From Trypanosoma brucei (lineage: Eukaryota), in contig CM000207.1 in assembly GCA_000002445.1 (NCBI GenBank), positions 2,080,001 to 2,144,000 on the forward strand: a stretch of 64,000 bases of DNA. Reading direction: 5' to 3'. Below, one piece after another: positions 56,918 through 64,000 of this stretch. The notes beneath the pieces are model-generated. The model did no database searches, was not told the DNA's origin, and saw only the letters and a list, made by a program, of their open reading frames with translations. Position 1 is the first letter of the stretch; every line of letters begins with the position of its first letter. The position numbers and the translations under genes are program-made.

Positions 56918-59197
56918 CTATGGACCGTCAGCAAGGTGTTGCTCCCACAAGATACCATCTGCTCCTACTGTGTAGTAACGCAGGTTATGCTCCCAAACGT
57001 CATTCTTAGCATAATATTCCGAATTGTGTCGTTGTTCAGTGGTGCGGTTAACGGTGTAACACGCCCGCGGAGCTGGGCCGTAGGTAAAAGGAATCCGGTC
57101 CGGGAATGGCCAGACACATGGTGGAAGATACTCCCGCCGGCAGACGGATTGTCCAGCTGGTTCAATAAAGGACTCTACGGCATCCTGAACTGACGGTTCC
57201 GTCGGATAACAGGAACTGACGGAGCACAACGAAACCTCAGAGTGGCCTTTCGCCTTCCTCAGTAAGAAGGTGCATCCTTCAGGGTTTCCAGATTTCTCGT
57301 CCATCCCCTCTTGGTGTTGCCTCTCACGTTGATGGTACTGACGGGTCGCAGTTGCGACCAACTTCGAAAGGATGTCACGGAGGCAGCTCCAAGCGCTTTG
57401 GACCTCAGTGTCGTTAGAATATTCGTGAAGAACTTGATTCGCAAGCGTCGCGGACGAAAATTGCTCAATCCCAACAACCGCACTCGAATATGCATTGACT
57501 CGATACACATAGAGAGCCGCGGTTGGGTTACAATGAAGCAAGACCCACATGTATATTACTTCCTTTTTGCTAAAGTTTTCATATAGAAGGGTCCGCTCAT
57601 CGTCGGGCGCTGTGTTGTAACCTTTGCAGTTGTACTCCATCTTCACCAAGCGGAAAACTGGTTTCGGTTCTTTAAGGTCGAACACGCAATTCGTCATACA
57701 TAAAAATGCAAGATCAGCACCAAAGGAGACTTCGGAGTAGCACTTGCTTTCCCCACCATCAGGGCCACTGCACCGGCCTCTGGTCGGCAAACGCAACTCG
57801 GCGTCCACCAAACGCTTCATGGCCATTGCACTAATATTACGCCGCGACTCGCAGCTTGGTGGAAGAGGTTTCTCAATGCTGATATCGAGGCACTGCGCTG
57901 ATGGGGACCATGTGCAACTCACCGGTATGCAGAATTCCCCGCGAAACGACGACAAATGCGCTGTGGCCAATTTGAACAGCGCCGACTTGCAAACCCTGAG
58001 GGTGAAGAAGGTCCCCACAATGTCTTTGCAAGGGAGCGCTGGAGGCCGTGCCTCTGCCACCTCCTGTTGCTGCTGACCCTGAGACGATACGTCCTTTTCC
58101 ACAACTTTAGCACCCGCTACGTTTGAGGTGTGTAGTGCAGGCTCCCGCTCGTTAAGCCATTGCACTCCTAAAGGCAGCGTGGGCGGAACGGCGGCCGACG
58201 GAAGGACGCGAGTGTGACCTTTTGACTGACGCTCTTCAATGGTTTCAGCGACGCGATGCGCACAGAGATGACGGGTACGCTCACACAGAGTCGCCGTTGG
58301 CTTCACCCCGGTTGATGCTGCAATGCTTTTGCGGAGATCACAAATAACCTCGGAGAAATTGACCCCACCGCCCCCACCACCACAGGACGACCCACCAAGG
58401 AGCCCACGCAACAACTGCGACTCCAATCGGTAACGCAGCCACTGCTTGGCATATTGCTCCACGTACTCGTCAATGTAATTGTGGTTCCAACAAGCCCGGT
58501 GAGACTGCTGTGGCATCTCGTCGCTTCTGGTACGTTTGTTATACCCTGTTTCACACTTACAAGCCTCACATGCAATCATTTCTTCTTTTAACTTGTGGCG
58601 GTAAGCTGCCTGCTCCCGCTGAACTAAATCAATGACAGTACTAAGATCCGGATAGTCTTCCGTTGGGTTTGGAATAATGCCTTCCTCCAGGTATCTTTTC
58701 ACCCAAGAGTAATAGTGTCGATGTTGTCCCCGTGTGAGGCATGAAGTGCACATGGAGAGCCGCTTTGACGAATTGGATTTCATGATGGCGAGCGCAGCGT
58801 TGTAGTCGACCCGCCTACGCGTGTCATCTTCCCTAGCATCTTCCTCACCAAACGCTTCCTCCAGATACGATTCATTTACCCCCTTTAACTCTTCACGAAT
58901 CTCCGCACACCGGGGGTGCCGCCGCAGCGCCGTTAAAAGTGCCTCCGCATCTTCAGCGGGTAGCTCTAATGTGGGCGAGGCATTCAACAACATTTCCTTG
59001 CCATGGTAAACCCTTGCATTACCGGTACCGTCGCTGCTCTTACTACACAACCGGATAACTTCAGGAACAATAACATCCTTCTCGCTTGGGAAGCCATCTA
59101 CCGGAGCTCGCATAGGTACAGAGAACTGAGGAGGAAGAAATGCGCCATGCTCCTGCTGCCGTTTCTCCTCCAGAGCAGGCGACGGAAGCGATGTCAT
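56918..59197 (-). CDS. Hypothetical protein (759 aa)
   Basis: Uninterrupted 2.3 kb ORF in the transcription-unit orientation. Cys/His-containing stretch (CTSCLTRGQHRHYY...CEACKCETGY...HRACWNHNY), possibly zinc-binding. No family recognised. Confidence 0.55.
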   Translation of the reverse strand: MTSLPSPALEEKRQQEHGAFLPPQFSVPMRAPVDGFPSEKDVIVPEVIRLCSKSSDGTGNARVYHGKEMLLNASPTLELPAEDAEALLTALRRHPRCAEIREELKGVNESYLEEAFGEEDAREDDTRRRVDYNAALAIMKSNSSKRLSMCTSCLTRGQHRHYYSWVKRYLEEGIIPNPTEDYPDLSTVIDLVQREQAAYRHKLKEEMIACEACKCETGYNKRTRSDEMPQQSHRACWNHNYIDEYVEQYAKQWLRYRLESQLLRGLLGGSSCGGGGGGVNFSEVICDLRKSIAASTGVKPTATLCERTRHLCAHRVAETIEERQSKGHTRVLPSAAVPPTLPLGVQWLNEREPALHTSNVAGAKVVEKDVSSQGQQQQEVAEARPPALPCKDIVGTFFTLRVCKSALFKLATAHLSSFRGEFCIPVSCTWSPSAQCLDISIEKPLPPSCESRRNISAMAMKRLVDAELRLPTRGRCSGPDGGESKCYSEVSFGADLAFLCMTNCVFDLKEPKPVFRLVKMEYNCKGYNTAPDDERTLLYENFSKKEVIYMWVLLHCNPTAALYVYRVNAYSSAVVGIEQFSSATLANQVLHEYSNDTEVQSAWSCLRDILSKLVATATRQYHQRERQHQEGMDEKSGNPEGCTFLLRKAKGHSEVSLCSVSSCYPTEPSVQDAVESFIEPAGQSVCRREYLPPCVWPFPDRIPFTYGPAPRACYTVNRTTEQRHNSEYYAKNDVWEHNLRYYTVGADGILWEQHLADGP

Positions 59198-59560
59198 ACC
59201 CTAGTGTCACATAGTGAGAAGAAAAACAAGAAGTCAAAAGAGCCAGTGTGAGATTTTCTACCATTACTGCCGCCACCATTGTTGCCAGTACTTTAACAGG
59301 TGGTGATATGAGACGGAAAGTTCAACCAGAAATGCGACGTGCTCGAGCTGCTCCAATGAATAACCTAACAGCACGTTCCTCAACGCCAGCGCACGACTAA
59401 CAACCGCAAAAACAATTTGGCGCAAAGACAGGAAAGAAAAATCCCCGGGGCGGCCCCCGTAGTGCACCGCCTCTACCACGTCTTTTTGCAGCTCCCGATC
59501 AAACGCCGGTAGTCAACCCTACTTTCCGCTCCCGTCTCGCCCTTACGACTACACTCACGT

Positions 59561-60841
59561 TCACAAAAGTTTTACTGCAATAAGTCGCCTGGGTAGGTCT
59601 ACCTTTTTGGTGCGTAACTTTGGAACTCGTGGAGTGTCCTTTTGTAATTCTATTTGCATATTCGCCCACGCGCAAAATTCCTCCGCCGCTTTCATGTCCT
59701 TTGCGTATGCAGAGAGGCAACAGTTACTGCTCTTCTCACCATACTCGCCATCGCAAAGGTAATATCCACCTTGCACCAACCGCTCCTCCTCAACAGCCAT
59801 CCGCAGCACCACCTGCGCTCCATCTGTCCATGTTTTACCAATGAGCAGCGAGGGATAGTAAATTAAATAGTCCAGTACGAAAGTAGGGAAGAGATCACGG
59901 TACAAATGCGTTGTAATGATACCGGGGTGACAACAGGCAACGGAGACCCGGGGTAGCGGTTGTGACGGTTGAGCTCCCTCGGTGGTGGGAAGGTAAAGGG
60001 AAGAAACACGCTGTGCAAGGATATTTGTCCACCAAATCATGCACAGTTTGGAAAGCCCATAATAACCCACAAAGTTCCATAGAGTAAAATCCCGTACCCC
60101 GGCATCCTCACTGAGCGGTGCCCTGCTGTGGAGCTCTTTCAACATCTCCAAAGGACCCTGTTGTGGGGCGACGCCCAAAAACGTGTGGCAGCTGGATGCA
60201 ATATTAACAATCCGCGACGACGCCCCAGTCCGCAGCGCTGTCTCATCCAGTAGCGGAAGCAACAACTCTGTGAGAAGCATCGGCCCAACCACGTTAGTCG
60301 CAATCATCTCCTCCATCCCTGTACCATCACAGCGGTGAAGACGCCGGCGCAACACCCCAGCCGCATTCACCAAAAGTGACAGAGATAATTGATCTTTCTG
60401 TCCAGTCACAACCTCGGCAAAATCTCGCACGCTGCTCAGATCCGACAGGTCCAATACACCAACAACGATTGCACAGCCAGCAGGATTCCGCACCATAATT
60501 TTCTTCCGTGCCTCAAGCAGCCGTTCTTCACTGCGCCCCGCCATGACCACACGCCAACCATGTTCAACAAGTTGCTGCGTAACGGCAAAACCAATGCCGG
60601 AAGATGCCCCCGTGACGAGGGCTACACGAGAGTTTTTACCCGTATTAGCAGGCCACCGACAACTGCGGCCCTTCGCCTTTCTGCGGCAAATCAGACAACT
60701 GCTAATCATGAGAAGTGTAGTTGAGACGCCCGACATATTGACCCGCCAAAACCAACCAAAGAGGTGGGTGAACGCCCAAATTAAAAGAAACTGACACATT
60801 GTTATTGCTGCCTGCATCTCAGATGACTCGACATGCAACAT
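59561..60841 (-). CDS. Short-chain dehydrogenase/reductase (RDH/WWOX-like SDR) with hydrophobic N-terminal anchor
   Basis: Cofactor motif VALVTGASSGIGFAVTQQL (TGxxxGxG). C-terminal GAQVVLRMAVEE...GGYYLCDGE resembles retinol-dehydrogenase-type SDR tails. Start uncertain (candidates at 60841, 60817 and 60739). Confidence 0.75.
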   Translation of the reverse strand: MLHVESSEMQAAITMCQFLLIWAFTHLFGWFWRVNMSGVSTTLLMISSCLICRRKAKGRSCRWPANTGKNSRVALVTGASSGIGFAVTQQLVEHGWRVVMAGRSEERLLEARKKIMVRNPAGCAIVVGVLDLSDLSSVRDFAEVVTGQKDQLSLSLLVNAAGVLRRRLHRCDGTGMEEMIATNVVGPMLLTELLLPLLDETALRTGASSRIVNIASSCHTFLGVAPQQGPLEMLKELHSRAPLSEDAGVRDFTLWNFVGYYGLSKLCMIWWTNILAQRVSSLYLPTTEGAQPSQPLPRVSVACCHPGIITTHLYRDLFPTFVLDYLIYYPSLLIGKTWTDGAQVVLRMAVEEERLVQGGYYLCDGEYGEKSSNCCLSAYAKDMKAAEEFCAWANMQIELQKDTPRVPKLRTKKVDLPRRLIAVKLL

Positions 60842-61235
60842 CGCGCCGCCAGATTACACTACTTGGACAATATGTGTATCTTTCCACTATCAGTGACTGA
60901 ACGTGCCGACGGCGGTGGCAAATTCTATCCGCTTAATGTACCAAATGCAAATTTTGTATATATGCGTTCACTCATTTGGATGTGTGGAGGGAGTGAAATG
61001 GCAATATGCTAACAAGTACATTAAGCGAATAAACTTCCCTACCACCGGAACTAGTAGCCGCATCACCAGCACTCATAGATTTGTGTCACCACAGGTTTAT
61101 GCGTGCGCAAAATAAATAAATAACTATTTACTGTGAGATGATGTTAATGTATTAAGAGGGCGAGGAAAGCGCAGCCCCTCGAAACACTACGCGTACCGAC
61201 CGCAGGCGCTGCCAAACACTTACCCACGCTATGCG

Positions 61236-62810
61236 TTACACTGGGCTTCTTAACTCGTCCTGCCACTTCTGCGACCCTGAGAAACTGTGCCCCAACTGGT
61301 CCTCGCGCTTCATCTGCGCGTAATCACCCTCGTCCCAAACCTCATCACCTTCCGCATAAGTCAGCCGAACGGTTGTATCTGTCAAGTGTTCAACGTAATG
61401 ATTCACTAAAAATCCTTCGGAGTACCGCTTCGCCGCCAACCGGAGTTGCTCCAACAAATCCTCCCCACCAACGTCACCTTCATCGTTATAATCCCCTGTA
61501 GCCACGCATCCCTCCTCGTTACCCATTGCGGGTTCCTCCGACGCATCAAGTGAATCGCTAAGTGACTCAGCGGTAAACAAATCTTCAGTGGACTCATTTC
61601 TTCCGCCCTCCGATTGTCTCCCCGCCTCTCTCGTCTTCATATCCGCCTCACTGCCCAGATCCGCCCGGGCGCGGTTATCCATCAGTAGTATTTCGCCGCA
61701 ATGAACAAAAGGGTCGCCCTCAGCTCCCGTTACTGGAAGCTCAATCAGTGGGTCACCTTCCAACACCACCCGAATGGGATTCACCGCGTGGACGTACCGC
61801 GCAAGAGACTTTTGGATACATTTGGGGGCACCGAGTGTCACGCAGTTCTTCACGTCAAAGCCGCGGGCGTGCAAAAGTAACGCGAGGCAGAAAGCAACTG
61901 CCCCACCAACACCGTGACCGACAAGGACGGTGGACCGATACGCGTGCAGTGGGGTCTCCACCATTAACGCATCACACAGCCGCAGGGCCACACTGAGGTA
62001 CTCCGCATGGAACACCGTACCGCGCAGCTCCTCCGCCTCCGCGATTTCCACACGCTCCACGTCACGAGACCAGTCGTATGTCTCACACCGTACGTAAACA
62101 ATTTGCTTATTGAATGTTTCATCAACTTCCACAACCACATTCTCCTTCCCATGCGACATGTGATGAGCTGTGACACCGCTACGAGTTCCCACGATTGCCT
62201 CTGTGACTTGCCATGACGTCAGCCTACCGGGCTCCGCAACAGCGTCCCTGCCGCCGCCGGTTTCTTGCAGTCTGTGAAGAATAAGTAAACGCTCACCGTA
62301 CGGAATGAGCGCATGCTGCATGATGCGATTCTGCCTGTCGGAGGTCGCCTCCTCCTCCACCTCGTCACGATCCAACTTCTTCTCCTCAAACTGGCAGTAG
62401 CGAACATAATTTCGTTCCACCGTCTGCTGGTAGTGGACATTCCCCACTCCGGCAGACAAAACCTGAAGCATAGAAGTAAGGGCCGTATTGCCTGGTGCAC
62501 GCAAAAGTAACTCAGCTAACCCATGCACCTGCTGTAGTTCCTTCGCAATGAACTTCCCGTACTGCGCAGTCAAAACCCGCTGCTTTTGGGACTTCCTTCT
62601 TCCACCACGCGCATCCCCGCTCCCATCGTGGAGCAGATGCCTATACTGCTGTCGGTTCCGCTCCGCCCTCTCAAGGAAGCGACGGCCCACATATTGCCTG
62701 AGTCCTTCAGTTTGGTAGAGTGGGCAGTCACGCGTAACTTGTTCCGCAACTTTGATTAAACGGCGATACGCGACTCGGGTGTCGATGCGGATTGCGGATG
62801 GCACACTCAT
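61236..62810 (-). CDS. Lipase class 3 (fungal-lipase-like alpha/beta hydrolase) homologue with Ser-to-Gly substitution at the nucleophile (GHGVGG), predicted non-catalytic
   Basis: STVLVGHGVGGAVAFCLALLL aligns to the lipase_3 nucleophile elbow GHSLGGALA. Downstream CVTLGAPKCIQKSLARY (cf. VxTFGxPRVGN) and NPIRVVLEGDPLIELP (cf. RVVNxxDIVPRLPP). Start placed at ATG 62810 (MSVPSAIRIDT, verified). The ORF track extends to 63002 through low-complexity sequence. Confidence 0.55.
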   Translation of the reverse strand: MSVPSAIRIDTRVAYRRLIKVAEQVTRDCPLYQTEGLRQYVGRRFLERAERNRQQYRHLLHDGSGDARGGRRKSQKQRVLTAQYGKFIAKELQQVHGLAELLLRAPGNTALTSMLQVLSAGVGNVHYQQTVERNYVRYCQFEEKKLDRDEVEEEATSDRQNRIMQHALIPYGERLLILHRLQETGGGRDAVAEPGRLTSWQVTEAIVGTRSGVTAHHMSHGKENVVVEVDETFNKQIVYVRCETYDWSRDVERVEIAEAEELRGTVFHAEYLSVALRLCDALMVETPLHAYRSTVLVGHGVGGAVAFCLALLLHARGFDVKNCVTLGAPKCIQKSLARYVHAVNPIRVVLEGDPLIELPVTGAEGDPFVHCGEILLMDNRARADLGSEADMKTREAGRQSEGGRNESTEDLFTAESLSDSLDASEEPAMGNEEGCVATGDYNDEGDVGGEDLLEQLRLAAKRYSEGFLVNHYVEHLTDTTVRLTYAEGDEVWDEGDYAQMKREDQLGHSFSGSQKWQDELRSPV

Positions 62811-63547
62811 CGTTGCAGGGTAACGGCAGCCCCTCTTTTGTCTGTTATTTCCTTTCCTCCCTTTTCCCCTTTCTTTATTTTTTGATCCCCCCCCCCTTGA
62901 TTCCCAACTGGAAGGAGAGAAAGGGTTTCGTAACCCACACCTAATGCTGTGTTTGAACGGTCTGTGAGAAAAAGAGGAACGACTTTTGCACGATGAGTGC
63001 AATCACGTCGTGGCACCACTTCCCTTTGCAACAAAGCATAGAAACGAGTTATCCGTTCCAATATTTAAAAAAAACAAAAAGGAAGCGCATATGGGAGCTT
63101 GAAAAATACCTCAGGCGGTAGAGCAGTCCGGAAACCACAAAGCAAAAATAATAATAATAACAATAATATATAATAACAATAACAATAACAGAGTATCAAA
63201 CGCGAAAAGAAAGGATTCCGTAATAGGCATTAAGCCTGCAATTTGAAGTGGTTGCTGCGAAGTAAAAACAATCGATAAAGAAAGGAACTGGTGGGTCGTG
63301 TAGGGGACCGGAAGGGGAGGGAAAAGCAGACAAATGGAAATGTTAAGCACCTTTTTCTTGAGGGTGAGACCTACTTTACATTCCATGGTAAATGATAGGG
63401 GCATACAAGAGAACCTTTTGCCGCCAGAAAAAAAAAAAAAAGTGGCACGGCAGACCCTGATCACCACTTTGCCACGTAAAACAAACCAAATGAAACAATC
63501 AAGGGTACGTTACACGTAAACCCACTTCACTTTACTCCCACAGTTGT

Positions 63548-63564
63548 AACCCTAACCCTAACCC
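63548..63564. repeat. Interstitial telomere-like hexamer block, (CCCTAA) about 2.8 units on the plus strand / (TTAGGG) on the minus strand
   Basis: aaccctaaccctaaccc read directly at 63548-63564, between the lipase-like gene and the downstream SDR gene. Confidence 0.85.
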
Positions 63565-63664
63565 ACACCCTCTAAGGGAATACATTTATATATTTATAAA
63601 TATATGTTCTACCGCATTGATGAAGTGAGAAGTCGCCTCTTCACGACGGGTTCGCCTCCAATCC

Positions 63665-64000
63665 CTACGCGGAAAGGTCTTCCTTTGCGTTTAACGGAAG
63701 GCCAACAATGTCTTTGCCCCATTCCACAATGAGGTCCCCCTCCTTCACATCCCAAGCGTAGCGCAAGAGCCATGGATGTGTTTGGTTCATGCACTCAGCG
63801 AAGTAGGGGCTGACAAAGGCATTCGGATCTCCACCACGTGGTTCAACGGGCCGAAGTTCCTCCGCATCACACATGGCACAGTGCAGCGTTGTTTGGGCTC
63901 CATCTTCAGGGGACTTTAGGAAGAGCAAACACACGAGCTGGTACGCACAGGCCACAAAGCCACTAAAAACGAGGTCTCGCGAGAAGTTTGTGCCCACACA
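63665..64000 (-). CDS. Short-chain dehydrogenase/reductase, C-terminal part only (5' end beyond window end); paralogue of 59561..60841
   Basis: Stop TAG at 63665-63667. Tail GAQTTLHCAMCDAEELRPV...YFAECMNQTHPWLLRYAWDVKEGDLIVEW matches RDH-type SDR C-termini ([33 protein letters not shown]) and the C-terminus of the upstream SDR. The Met at 63997 is internal. Confidence 0.6.
   Translation of the reverse strand, partial: CVGTNFSRDLVFSGFVACAYQLVCLLFLKSPEDGAQTTLHCAMCDAEELRPVEPRGGDPNAFVSPYFAECMNQTHPWLLRYAWDVKEGDLIVEWGKDIVGLPLNAKEDLSA

Noticed and set aside
63548-63564. Telomere repeats interpreted as a true chromosome end
   Set aside because: Fewer than three units and bounded by unique sequence and genes on both sides. 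This is an interstitial tract, not a telomere.

Overview
The window is a gene-dense eukaryotic segment with no obvious introns. All ~30 supportable protein-coding genes lie on the minus strand. They are separated by low-complexity, strand-asymmetric spacers, where purine-rich runs on the plus strand are polypyrimidine tracts on the coding strand. This is the signature of a single trypanosomatid polycistronic transcription unit.

A 4-copy ADP-ribosylation factor 1 tandem array sits about 3.5 kb from a 3-copy kinetoplastid membrane protein-11 (KMP-11) tandem array. That points to a chromosome-internal region of an African trypanosome (Trypanosoma brucei group). This is an inference from the protein sequences alone, since no database search could be run.

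Products recognised from motifs include SPT4, a SET-domain protein, prolidase, a PARN-family deadenylase, transportin/karyopherin beta-2, a Pam16-like J-like protein, a DEAH-box helicase, a 2001-aa chorein-N (VPS13/ATG2-like) protein, Rpn13/ADRM1, a two-RRM poly-Q RNA-binding protein, ribosomal protein L12, and two short-chain dehydrogenases flanking a lipase-3-like protein whose nucleophile serine is replaced by glycine.

I found no tRNA or rRNA genes, no CRISPR, and no prokaryotic-style defence system. I could identify no mobile elements (RIME/ingi/SIDER-like). The items most worth a second look are: (1) the SDR / lipase-like(GHGVG) / SDR cluster at the 3' end; (2) a 4.5 kb ORF-free, microsatellite-rich gap inside the transcription unit; (3) an interstitial (CCCTAA)x3 telomere-like block; (4) heterogeneous flanks within the ARF1 and KMP-11 arrays; and (5) several ORF over-extensions that would mislead automated start calling.
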